A stretch of DNA of 64,000 bases from Promethearchaeia archaeon. Lineage in GTDB: Archaea; Asgardarchaeota; Lokiarchaeia; Sigyniarchaeales; SOKP01. A program made the position numbers and the translations under genes. The stretch is taken from NCBI GenBank assembly GCA_029856125.1, contig JAHQWJ010000014.1, positions 96,001 through 160,000 of the forward strand. The letters run 5' to 3'. Positions 38,684 through 48,083 of this stretch are shown in pieces; the stretch's first letter is position 1, and the number at the start of each line of letters is the position of its first letter. The notes below the pieces were generated by a model. That model saw nothing but the letters and a program-made list of their open reading frames with translations. It did no database searches and was not told the DNA's origin.

Positions 38684-40507
38684 ATGACAGACCCTAAAGC
38701 TATAGAAAACAATCCTTTTAAAGAGTTAGGTGAAATACCAGAAAAAAAATATGCTGATGGCTACACAGTTGATTCAACATATATTACAGTAAGAGATGGC
38801 GTTAAAATTGCTGTCACACTATGTTTCCCAAAAGGTCTCGCTTCAGATACTAAAATTCCGACTGTGTTAACGCAAACGAGATATTGGAGAGCAATGGAAT
38901 TACGAATTCCTTTTAGATGGATCCTTGATAGTATGGTACCAAATGCTCCAAATCCAGAGGTAGTTACTAGTAGAGGCTATGCCCTTATTTATACTGATGT
39001 CAGAGGAACTGGAGCATCAGACGGTACTCGAATAGTTCCATTTTCTGAAGAAGAGATCAAGGACGGTTCAGATGTAGTCGATTGGATAATATCTCAGCCT
39101 TGGTCAGATGGAAATGTTGTATCTAAAGGTATTTCTTATACGGGAATTACTGCACAGTTATTTCCTAAGAATAATCACCGTGCAATAAAAGCGGTTATAC
39201 CGGGTCATGCTTGCTGGGATCCTTATACAGAAATTGCATTTCCAGGTGGATGTTTTGAGTACGCATTTATGCAATTGTGGTCATTTTTAGGTAAGAATTT
39301 AGATTTAAATAATCCCAAAGTCTTTAGACAGATAAGACCCGAAGCTTGGCTGCTTGTGAAAGGCGTAGAACGAGTAAAAAGCGACAAAGACCTAAAATTA
39401 TTACAAATTGCTATAAATCAGCATAAATCAAATCAATATGTTTACGATCATACACTAAGTAGAGATTTTCGCGACGATAAGCTTCCCGATGGTACTGTTT
39501 TTGATGATATTAGCATATTTGCTCGGAAAGAAAAAATTGAAAAGTCAAACGTTCCAATTTTGGCCTGGTGTTCGTGGTTAGATTCTGGTTTCGGTGATGC
39601 TATTATTAAGCGATTCATGAATTTATCTAACCCCCAAATTGCTATTTTGGGCGATTGGAGTCACGGAGCAGTCTATCCTGCAAACCAATTTTTTCCAGAA
39701 CGGACTTTTGTAACTCCGACCCCTAAAGATAAGGTTAACGCTTGGATTAATTTCTTTGATAAATGCGTATATGGCGATGGAATACAAGGAAAAAAAATAT
39801 ATTATTATACCCTAGCGGAAGAAAAATGGAAGAAGTCCGAAGTATGGCCCCCCAAAGGGCACTTTTATCAAAAATGGTACTTTTCGGAAAATAATTCACT
39901 CATAAAAGAAGAACCTAAGGAAAATATTGGATCTGACGATTATAAAGTAAATTTCCGAGCTACAACTGGGCGGAATAATAGGTGGTGGGCGCTTTTAGGT
40001 TTACCTATAACGTACTACAACAGAAATAAAATCGATGAGAAATTGTTATGTTATACAAGCCAACCATTCGAATCTGATACAGAAATCACAGGACAAATAA
40101 TTGCATGTCTTTATTTATCCTCCACCCACGATGATGGTGCCATTTTCGCTTATTTTGAGGATGTTGATGAAAGTGGGAAGGTTACATATATAACTGATGG
40201 AGAATTCCGACCACTTCATAGAAAAATTCTAACAGACGAGCCACCGTATAAAATATTGACTCCATACCATAGCTATAAAGAAGAAGATTCTACACCTCTT
40301 ATTCCGGGAGAGATAATGGAGCTTAAGTTTGGGTTACATGTAACATCAGTTCTTATTAAAAAGGGACACAGAATTAAAATTGCCATTGCGGGAGCAGATA
40401 AGGATACATTTATACGTTATCCTAATGAGGGAAGACCAACAATTACTATATTTCGAAATAAGGAGTTTCCGTCTTATATTGAACTGCCAATTATAAAGAA
40501 GGAGTAA
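38684..40507 (+). CDS. CocE/NonD family hydrolase
   Basis: VRDGVKIA, QTRYWR, DVRGTGASDG, QPWSDG, GISY nucleophile, WSHG. Confidence 0.93.
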   Translation: MTDPKAIENNPFKELGEIPEKKYADGYTVDSTYITVRDGVKIAVTLCFPKGLASDTKIPTVLTQTRYWRAMELRIPFRWILDSMVPNAPNPEVVTSRGYALIYTDVRGTGASDGTRIVPFSEEEIKDGSDVVDWIISQPWSDGNVVSKGISYTGITAQLFPKNNHRAIKAVIPGHACWDPYTEIAFPGGCFEYAFMQLWSFLGKNLDLNNPKVFRQIRPEAWLLVKGVERVKSDKDLKLLQIAINQHKSNQYVYDHTLSRDFRDDKLPDGTVFDDISIFARKEKIEKSNVPILAWCSWLDSGFGDAIIKRFMNLSNPQIAILGDWSHGAVYPANQFFPERTFVTPTPKDKVNAWINFFDKCVYGDGIQGKKIYYYTLAEEKWKKSEVWPPKGHFYQKWYFSENNSLIKEEPKENIGSDDYKVNFRATTGRNNRWWALLGLPITYYNRNKIDEKLLCYTSQPFESDTEITGQIIACLYLSSTHDDGAIFAYFEDVDESGKVTYITDGEFRPLHRKILTDEPPYKILTPYHSYKEEDSTPLIPGEIMELKFGLHVTSVLIKKGHRIKIAIAGADKDTFIRYPNEGRPTITIFRNKEFPSYIELPIIKKE

Positions 40508-40523
40508 TTAACTCGTTAAATAG

Positions 40524-40895
40524 GTGATAAAAAAAATGGAAGAAATTTTACCACGGTTAAAAGGCATGTTAAAAGATGCGACTGTTATATCGTCTGATGC
40601 AACTAAATTCGAAATAACTATCACAATAGTTAAAAAAATTAACGGTAATGTGGCAGAGCCTGATGAAGTCATCGTAATGTTAAAAATGTACGGTGGATTA
40701 AGGGAAGATATCCCTATGGAAATAGATATCGATAACGATGCTCAGAATATTACGTTAAAACTCCAGAACGAAGAGGATTTCATAAAAGTTGCAAAAATAA
40801 TGGAAACATTATGGGATAACGCTGTAGATATGCTTACTTCAGCCTTGGAAGGCGATATAAGTCGTATTAAGGATATTCCGGAAATAGATGATTAA
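40524..40895 (+). CDS. Hypothetical protein
   Basis: 123-aa ORF; AGGTGA suggests start at the internal ATG (MEEIL). Confidence 0.6.
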   Translation: MIKKMEEILPRLKGMLKDATVISSDATKFEITITIVKKINGNVAEPDEVIVMLKMYGGLREDIPMEIDIDNDAQNITLKLQNEEDFIKVAKIMETLWDNAVDMLTSALEGDISRIKDIPEIDD

Positions 40896-40967
40896 ATAAT
40901 TTAAAAATATTTATTTTTATTCTTATTTTTCTTGTTCGAAAAGGTGATCTAATTAGCGGTATCTTTT

Positions 40968-41936
40968 CTAAATTGAATGTGTGGTTTTTAATGTAGAAAA
41001 AAAGTCTGTTAAATCGATATTTCCGCCGCTTATTACGATTCCAATCCTTTTGTTTTTAATTAAAGGTGATTCTATGTTACCGCTCAATATGCCTGCCAAA
41101 GGCACTGCTCCTGAAGGTTCTACCACTATTTTCATACGCTCCCAATAGAATTTCATAGCGTCAATTATCTGTTCCTCTTTAACTGTAATTATGTCATCTA
41201 CAAACTCCTTAATTATAGGAAATGTTTTTTCTCCTACTGAAGTTCGTAAACCGTCCGCAATTGTATTCGGATTTTCTACAGGTACCCTTTCTCCTAGTTG
41301 AAACGAGCGATAGGCGTCATCAGCATTCTTGGGTTCCACACCCACGACCTTGATGCTGGGGATTAACCCTTTTGCTGCAATTGAACACCCACTAATCAAT
41401 CCCCCCCCCCCAACAGGAACTAGTAGTAGATCAAGTTTTCTTACAGCACTAATGAATTCATATGCAGTTGTTCCAGCACCAAAAATTACGCGATAATCAT
41501 CGAAGGGGTGAACTAGTTTATACTCGTATTTTTGAACTAATTCCTCTGCCATTTTTGCTCGATCCCCAGGATTATTGCCGCATAATACAACTTCTGCTCC
41601 GTACTCTTTCGTTGCTTGAATCTTCGAAGGTGTAGCGTTGTTAGGCATAACTATAGTTGCTTTCGTATGTATAATCTTGGCAACTAATGCTACGGCTTGA
41701 GCAAAATTTCCTGAAGAATGGGTGATAATTCCGTTCTTTCTTTCAGTTGAGGATAGGCGGCTAATAACGTTCCAAGCACCCCTAAACTTAAAGGAACCCG
41801 TTCTTTGGAAGTTTTCACACTTAATTACTACTCTTTTAGCACTGATCATAGAATCCAAGGTCCTACTTGTCATAATAGGGGTTCTATTCGCTGCATAAGA
41901 GACTATTTTTGCCGCATTTTTTATGCCTTTAAAAAT
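40968..41936 (-). CDS. PLP-dependent threonine/serine dehydratase (serine racemase-like); probable ATT start
   Basis: KCENFQRTGSFKFRGA, SSGNFAQ, VPVGGGGLISG, TIADGL, EPSGA, SGGN; conserved upstream IKNAAKIV...RTP precedes track ATG 41873. Confidence 0.9.
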   Translation of the reverse strand: MFKGIKNAAKIVSYAANRTPIMTSRTLDSMISAKRVVIKCENFQRTGSFKFRGAWNVISRLSSTERKNGIITHSSGNFAQAVALVAKIIHTKATIVMPNNATPSKIQATKEYGAEVVLCGNNPGDRAKMAEELVQKYEYKLVHPFDDYRVIFGAGTTAYEFISAVRKLDLLLVPVGGGGLISGCSIAAKGLIPSIKVVGVEPKNADDAYRSFQLGERVPVENPNTIADGLRTSVGEKTFPIIKEFVDDIITVKEEQIIDAMKFYWERMKIVVEPSGAVPLAGILSGNIESPLIKNKRIGIVISGGNIDLTDFFSTLKTTHSI

Positions 41937-42108
41937 CGTTTTTCACCTTTTTAACTCCTTATGTATGAAAGTTAATCTTAATCATTGTTTTTATTTCTAT
42001 AATATTTTGTAGATACATTACTTAAAACGTGTGTAATCTTAAAAAAAATCTCATATTGATAAAGTTTGAGGGGAAAATTATAAATAATAGAGTAGCTAAT
42101 ACGATTAT

Positions 42109-42921
42109 ATGCCGTACGTAGAACTTGATAAAGGGTATAAAATACATTATTTAGAAAAAGGTAAGGGAAAAAATTTAGTTCTTATTCATGGTTTTTTAGG
42201 TTCTTCCTGGTTATTTGAAGCTCAGGTAGATCATTTTTCAAATAATTATAGAGTAATCGCCATTGATCATTTAGGGCACGGGAAAAGCGATAAACCAGAA
42301 TCAGAATCGTATGAATTGGAGGAATTAACGCAATTCCTTGACGAGACCTTATCAAAAATAATTGGCGACGAAAAAATAATCCTCGTGGGACATTCGATGG
42401 GTGGTATGATAAGTTTAATTTATGCAACTAATCCAAAGCTGGCTAAAAGATTAGAAGGGTTGATCTTAATGGCAACAGCGCCTAAATTAAACAATCCGGG
42501 ATTAGTTCAATATGTCGAAGATTTGAAATCTGGAGCAATGTCCCTTAAGGATAGACAAACGATCGAAACCATTTTTGTTGGCCTGTGCTTCCAGCGCAAA
42601 GCAAGAAAAGAGCAAACAGAATTAATTAAAGAGTTTGTTGATAGGACACTTGAAAATGAGGATTTTGTAGGGTTACGAACAATGGAATCAATTGTAAACA
42701 ACTTTGACGTGGAAGATAAGTTAAAATCAATAAGCGTTCCCACTCTAATTCTTACCGGTGATAGGGATTTATTCATACTGCCTTCCGAAGCAGAATCTAT
42801 GAATAATTTGATACCAAACTCTACATTGACAGTCTTCACTCCAAAAATTGGACATATGATTCAATACGAGGCGACCGAACAATATACAGATACAGTTGAG
42901 AATTTCTTAAAAAACATATAA
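42109..42921 (+). CDS. Alpha/beta hydrolase
   Basis: LIHGF, DHLGHGKS, GHSMGG, GDRD, GH. Confidence 0.92.
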   Translation: MPYVELDKGYKIHYLEKGKGKNLVLIHGFLGSSWLFEAQVDHFSNNYRVIAIDHLGHGKSDKPESESYELEELTQFLDETLSKIIGDEKIILVGHSMGGMISLIYATNPKLAKRLEGLILMATAPKLNNPGLVQYVEDLKSGAMSLKDRQTIETIFVGLCFQRKARKEQTELIKEFVDRTLENEDFVGLRTMESIVNNFDVEDKLKSISVPTLILTGDRDLFILPSEAESMNNLIPNSTLTVFTPKIGHMIQYEATEQYTDTVENFLKNI

Positions 42922-43022
42922 AATTTTCTTTTATTAAATTATTACCTTTTTTTTAAGAGAACTATTGTGTCATCAGTAGCAAATTTATGTAATGCATCTT
43001 CATTTGTTTTAAAACAAAATAT

Positions 43023-43718
43023 TTAGATAAAAATAACTTTCTCGAAAAGAAAGTAGAAAAACGATGCGCTCCCAAGATACAATAGCATTATACCAAAAGC
43101 GACTACAATTAGCATTAAGTAGTGTTGATTTTTTGCCTTTTGAAAATAATAAAATGTGCTCAGACCGAGTATTACTTCAGGTATAATTATGTAGACGGCT
43201 AAGTGATCGAAAAACAAGGTGACATTTTGAGGATACCACGATTGAAGCATCCACATAGTTTGTTCGGAAAACACAAAAATATTAAATGAAATTAATCCTA
43301 CGACAATAAGGGCCTTCAAGTGAGAATAATTTTCTTGAAGCTTCAAACCAATAAAACAAAGTAAAAATAAAGGGATAGCCCATAATCCTACCATATATCC
43401 CGAAACAGTCCCAATTTTAAAAAGACCATCCTCGGGAAAGACTAATATGTTTAACTGAGCCGATAGGAACCAATCTGGCCATATTTGAAACAGTGAAATT
43501 AAAAACACAAAAACCCATAGCTTTACCCATTCACTATCTTTTCGGAACAAACCTACTAATGGAATCAGCAAATTATAACTAGCTACAAGTATAAACAATT
43601 TAATCCCTATAGCAATTGGGATTGGTATGATTAACACAGCGAAGCATAAACCTATGAAAATAAGATGGACAATAATAAAATCCCTAGTCGATTTTCCTGT
43701 ATTTGCGTTTTTCTCCAT
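43023..43718 (-). CDS. Multi-pass membrane protein of unknown function
   Basis: ~7 TM; PDWFLS...LVFPEDG motif. Confidence 0.7.
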   Translation of the reverse strand: MEKNANTGKSTRDFIIVHLIFIGLCFAVLIIPIPIAIGIKLFILVASYNLLIPLVGLFRKDSEWVKLWVFVFLISLFQIWPDWFLSAQLNILVFPEDGLFKIGTVSGYMVGLWAIPLFLLCFIGLKLQENYSHLKALIVVGLISFNIFVFSEQTMWMLQSWYPQNVTLFFDHLAVYIIIPEVILGLSTFYYFQKAKNQHYLMLIVVAFGIMLLYLGSASFFYFLFEKVIFI

Positions 43719-43794
43719 AATGTTACCAATATTAAAGAAATATATATACTTTTAAAATTTTAAACTCTAAATAAACATAAAAACTTAAAAAAAA

Positions 43795-44631
43795 GTGATA
43801 TTTATGGGAATTGATGTAAAACAGTTAAGAGAAGACTTCAAAGAACCTCACGATCTAGTTAATACTTCGGATGGAATAACATTATTTTTAAGAAAATGGG
43901 AATCCCAGAGTCCATCAAATAAGGCTATTCTCATTCTCCATGGGATTACAGCTTACAGTGGACCATATGAGCCGTTTGGTAAAGCAATATCAAGAGCAGG
44001 ATTTACTGCTGTTGGCTTAGATTTAAGAGGACACGGGTTGTCTGACGGTAATAGAGGCGATTATCCTAGTAAAGAGAGGTTAATAAGCGATCTTGTAGAA
44101 ACTATCTCATACTTAAAGAAGCAGTTCAGTACGCTATTGCTATTTGGACACAGTCTTGGAGTCCTCACTGCGTTAATAACAAAAAAGAATAGCAACGAAA
44201 AAATTGACGGATTAATTTTAATGAGTGCAGGAAAAACTTTTAATCCAGGGGTTTACAAAAAGCCTTCAGTTCTACAGAAATTAAAAATACTAGTTAGTTC
44301 AATCTTTCAACCTAGTAAACCTGTAATAAATTATTATCGAGAGGGTATTTCAGGCTTAGACGATCCGTTATTCAATTTTAAATATACATTACGATTTATG
44401 AGGCTAGCAAGTTTTCAAGATTTAGACCTTTCAGAAGAAATAGACTGCCCTGTAATATTAGGAGTTGGAGAGCACGACGAAATATTCTCTATTGAGTCAG
44501 CTCAATCACTACTTGATGAAATTCTTTCTAAAGACAAAACCTTTTTTGTAATGCCTGGTGCTAAGCATGCTGTAGAATTTACTGAAGAGATTTTTAAAGA
44601 TCTCAAATCTTGGTTGATTGCTAAATTCTAA
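43795..44631 (+). CDS. Lysophospholipase/monoacylglycerol lipase-like alpha/beta hydrolase
   Basis: ILHGI, DLRGHGLSDGNRG, GHSLG, GEHDE, GAKH. Confidence 0.9.
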   Translation: MIFMGIDVKQLREDFKEPHDLVNTSDGITLFLRKWESQSPSNKAILILHGITAYSGPYEPFGKAISRAGFTAVGLDLRGHGLSDGNRGDYPSKERLISDLVETISYLKKQFSTLLLFGHSLGVLTALITKKNSNEKIDGLILMSAGKTFNPGVYKKPSVLQKLKILVSSIFQPSKPVINYYREGISGLDDPLFNFKYTLRFMRLASFQDLDLSEEIDCPVILGVGEHDEIFSIESAQSLLDEILSKDKTFFVMPGAKHAVEFTEEIFKDLKSWLIAKF

Positions 44632-44667
44632 TGAAAAAATTTAAGTAACTGATTAATGTGATTTGGT

Positions 44668-45516
44668 TTGACAAAGGAAATTAAAAAAGTTGGAATTGTT
44701 GGAGCTGGTTTTACCGGAAAACAGATAGCAGCTCAAACAGTTCAAAATAACTTCGTAGTAAAAGTGTATGATATTGATTCAAAAGTTCTAGAAGACGCTA
44801 AAAAATACATCACAGGAGTTCTAAACCGTAAAAAGCTGATGGATGCAATCCAAGATGTTTCGTACTATTCAGATTTAGATAAGATGTTGAAAGATGTTGA
44901 TCTCGTGATTGAAGCAGTTCCAGAAAATCTGGAGTTGAAAAAGAAAATTTTCTCGCAGATAGATAATCTCGCACCCGCTCACACGATAATAGGGACAAAT
45001 AGTTCTTCTTATCCCGTGTCGAAGATTGAGTCTGCAGTTAAAAGAAAAGATAAAGTACTAAATTTACACTTTTACCCTCCGATACCGATTCGCCCAATGG
45101 TTGATATTATGCGTGGCTCTGAAACGAGCGAAGAAACTTTTGAAATTGGAAAGAAGTGGATAGAAGACATTAAGTGTGAGCCTCTTGTGGTTAATAAAGA
45201 ATGTTTGGGATTTGTATTCAATAGAATCTGGCACGCTGTAAAAAAAGAATGTTTAAAAATATGGGACGGAGGATACGCCGATATAAAAACAGTTGATACT
45301 GCTTGGAAAATCTTTACTGGAATGAAAATGGGCCCATTTACTATGATGGATGGTGTTGGATTAGACGTTGCATATGCAGTTGAGATGTCGTATTACGAAG
45401 AGAGTGGAGACCCAAATGATAAACCACCTGATGCTCTTAAAGAGCTGGTAGAAAATGGGGATCTAGGTTTAAAAACGGGAAAAGGGTTTTACACTTTTAG
45501 AAGAAGAAAGAAATAG
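44668..45516 (+). CDS. 3-hydroxyacyl-CoA dehydrogenase (3-hydroxybutyryl-CoA dehydrogenase-like)
   Basis: GAGFTG, IEAVPENLELK, TNSSS, HFYPP, GFVFNRI, MGPF, LGLKTGKGFY. Confidence 0.92.
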   Translation: MTKEIKKVGIVGAGFTGKQIAAQTVQNNFVVKVYDIDSKVLEDAKKYITGVLNRKKLMDAIQDVSYYSDLDKMLKDVDLVIEAVPENLELKKKIFSQIDNLAPAHTIIGTNSSSYPVSKIESAVKRKDKVLNLHFYPPIPIRPMVDIMRGSETSEETFEIGKKWIEDIKCEPLVVNKECLGFVFNRIWHAVKKECLKIWDGGYADIKTVDTAWKIFTGMKMGPFTMMDGVGLDVAYAVEMSYYEESGDPNDKPPDALKELVENGDLGLKTGKGFYTFRRRKK

Positions 45517-45528
45517 TGTTTTTTTTCA

Positions 45529-46461
45529 TCAATTTAAAATTAAAACTAAAACCCAGATAAGACCAAAACTAATGATAATTGTAAGATTTACAACCATGGT
45601 AACCAATTTTTGATCGTATCCATTTTCTACAGAAAAGGGGATAACAGCAAGACCCACTGGAAGGATCAAGGAGAGACAAATAATTATTCTGAATAGATGG
45701 TTGAAAATGCTTGGTGGTAATAAGAAAAACAAGCTTAACCCTACGAGAAGGCCCACGCCATATCTTAATACCAAAACTTTGATTATTGAAATCCATTCCG
45801 CTTTTCCAAATTTAAAGTGAAGAAATACGCCTAACAATAACAAGGCTAAAGCTGAATTCGCCCTCGCTAAGATATCTAATAGTTCAGAGAAAAAACTCGG
45901 AATTACAATTCCAGAGAAATTGATAATTAACGCAACAATATAGCTTAATATAGGAGCAGATCTAATTATTCTCTTTAAAATGTATTTAACATTAATCTTT
46001 ACAACATTCTCTTGGTTTTTTGGAGAATAAATAGTTGACAAAATATAACATACTATAAATATCGTGAAAGCGTTTCCTGCGTCAAAGAGAGCGATATATT
46101 GCATGCCAGATTGACCCCAAATGCCTTCTACTAAAGGGAAAAAAAAATTCGCTACATTGAACCCTATCATTGTCATAATCATAGCTCCTTTTAGATTAGG
46201 TGGATGTTTTCGAAAAACTAATAACGCAATAAATGTCATAAAAAAGCCAAAAACTATGCCGATTAAAGGTAATAGAACCAACGATAGTTCGAATTGAATC
46301 GTAGTTGTAACTTGAATTATGACGGCAGGAAGAGTGATGTTAAAGATAATTTTTGCTATTGTATCTCCATCCGTTTCTTTTAAAATGTTTAATTTTTTAA
46401 CTAAATAACCAATAGCGACAATCGAGATTGATAGTAAAAAAATTTCGTTTACGTCAGTCAT
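45529..46461 (-). CDS. AEC family (auxin efflux carrier-like) transporter
   Basis: FNITLPA, GFNVANFFFPLVEGIWG, ~10 TM. Confidence 0.85.
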   Translation of the reverse strand: MTDVNEIFLLSISIVAIGYLVKKLNILKETDGDTIAKIIFNITLPAVIIQVTTTIQFELSLVLLPLIGIVFGFFMTFIALLVFRKHPPNLKGAMIMTMIGFNVANFFFPLVEGIWGQSGMQYIALFDAGNAFTIFIVCYILSTIYSPKNQENVVKINVKYILKRIIRSAPILSYIVALIINFSGIVIPSFFSELLDILARANSALALLLLGVFLHFKFGKAEWISIIKVLVLRYGVGLLVGLSLFFLLPPSIFNHLFRIIICLSLILPVGLAVIPFSVENGYDQKLVTMVVNLTIIISFGLIWVLVLILN

Positions 46462-46574
46462 ACTCTCTTATTTTTCAGTCCTGTATACTTAGTAATTAAA
46501 ATATTCAAAATAATTAAATAATTATCTAACGTGTTTTAATAACATATAGAAATTATAATAATTGTTGAAGATAA

Positions 46575-47489
46575 ATGAAACCTAACCTTTTAACAGACAA
46601 AAAAGTTATAATTACTGCTGCGATTACGGGTGGAATTCACGGTAAATGGGCTAATCCATGTTTACCATTAACTGCTGAAGAGCAAGCGCAAGATGCTTTA
46701 GAATGTTACGAAGCGGGAGCGTCTATTGTTCATATCCATGTTCGTGGAGATGACGGTCAAAATACACCTGATTTAAACTATTACGGTAAAACCGTCAAAC
46801 AGATTGGGGAAAAATGTCCTATGATTAGACAAATAGGAAATGGCATTGGTGCGCGAGTCGTAGAACATAAATTCACTACTAAGTCTGGCAAAAGAAGAAC
46901 TACGACTGAAATTGTCCAACCTTCCTTAGAAGAACGATTAAATCTTCTCAATATAGATCCTGAACCTGAGATGCACACCATTAACGCCGGATCATTTGAA
47001 TTTAGAACGCCTTATGGAGGATCTTTGTTCAAAAACCCGCAAGATTTCAATCGCAAATATATCAAAAGATGCAATAAAAAGGGTTTTGGTATAGAAATTG
47101 AAGTTTACGATTCAAGTCACATTACTAATGTGTTAGAATTTGTCGAAACAGGTTTACTAAAACCTCCCTTACATTTTAGCTTAGTTTTAGGAATTAAAGG
47201 AGGCGCCGAAGCTAATCCCGCTAATTTATTACGCATGATTGATCAATTACCTGAAGGTTCAACGTGGCAAGTTGTTACTGTTGGTAAATTTAATTTACGA
47301 ACGACAGTAATGGCTATGTGTATGGGAGGAAATGTGCGAACTGGTTTAGAAGATACTATTTATTATGGAAAAGGCGAGTTGGCTCAGAATAACGCACAAT
47401 TGGTCAAGCGAATGGTTAGAATAGCCAACGAAATCGGAAGAGAAGTTGCCACTGTTGATGAAGCTAAAGAAATTTTAGGAATAATATAA
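46575..47489 (+). CDS. kce: Beta-keto acid cleavage enzyme (3-keto-5-aminohexanoate cleavage family, BKACE)
   Basis: IITAAITG, AGASIVHIHVR, EIEVYD, GGNVRTGLED, NAQLV; substrate subgroup uncertain. Confidence 0.88.
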   Translation: MKPNLLTDKKVIITAAITGGIHGKWANPCLPLTAEEQAQDALECYEAGASIVHIHVRGDDGQNTPDLNYYGKTVKQIGEKCPMIRQIGNGIGARVVEHKFTTKSGKRRTTTEIVQPSLEERLNLLNIDPEPEMHTINAGSFEFRTPYGGSLFKNPQDFNRKYIKRCNKKGFGIEIEVYDSSHITNVLEFVETGLLKPPLHFSLVLGIKGGAEANPANLLRMIDQLPEGSTWQVVTVGKFNLRTTVMAMCMGGNVRTGLEDTIYYGKGELAQNNAQLVKRMVRIANEIGREVATVDEAKEILGII

Positions 47490-47493
47490 AAAT

Positions 47494-47524
47494 CGTTGAA
47501 GTTATTCAACGTGACTTATTTTTT
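47494..47524 (+). terminator. Hairpin CGTTGAA-GTTA-TTCAACG followed by T-rich tract after BKACE gene
   Basis: 7-bp perfect stem a few nt after stop codon. Confidence 0.45.
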
Positions 47525-47594
47525 AGACACTATTGTAATTTTGTACTAACATTTATTAATTGAAGTTAGATCACAATATATAGCACTATTAAGA

Positions 47595-48047
47595 GTGAAT
47601 CTGATGAGTAGAAAAAAATTAACTTGGTTTGGATTTAATTTAACACAGAAGCAGGCGGTATCCATATTTATATTATCAATTGCAGGACTCTTCATTTCAG
47701 CATTTTTGTTTATGACGATGTTGTACCCATTAATGATGAACATCATGTATAACGATCCTTATTATTATCCGGATGATTACTTTATTATGATGCTTTTTAG
47801 CATGCTTCCTTATATGTTTGTATTTTGTGGCGTATTTGTATTAAGTCTTTATTCCTTGATTCGATGCAGAAAAATAGCTAAATATTACTCTCCCTCAATT
47901 GATCCTGTGATAGAAGAGAAACCAAAATCCTCTCATACTGAACAAAAACCGAAATCCATTGCCCAATTTTGTTCTAACTGCGGAGAAATGAAAAAAAGTC
48001 ACGAAAAATTTTGTACTAATTGTGGACATCAAATAGGGTATCAATAA
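47595..48047 (+). CDS. 2-TM protein with C-terminal zinc ribbon
   Basis: Two TM segments; FCSNCG...FCTNCG. Confidence 0.78.
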   Translation: MNLMSRKKLTWFGFNLTQKQAVSIFILSIAGLFISAFLFMTMLYPLMMNIMYNDPYYYPDDYFIMMLFSMLPYMFVFCGVFVLSLYSLIRCRKIAKYYSPSIDPVIEEKPKSSHTEQKPKSIAQFCSNCGEMKKSHEKFCTNCGHQIGYQ

Positions 48048-48083
48048 AAAAAATAAAAAAAATAAAAATAGTTGAGTTTAAGC

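Noticed and set aside
41401-41411. Poly-C run as phase-variation tract
   Set aside because: Encodes the conserved VGGGG loop of the dehydratase and the frame is intact
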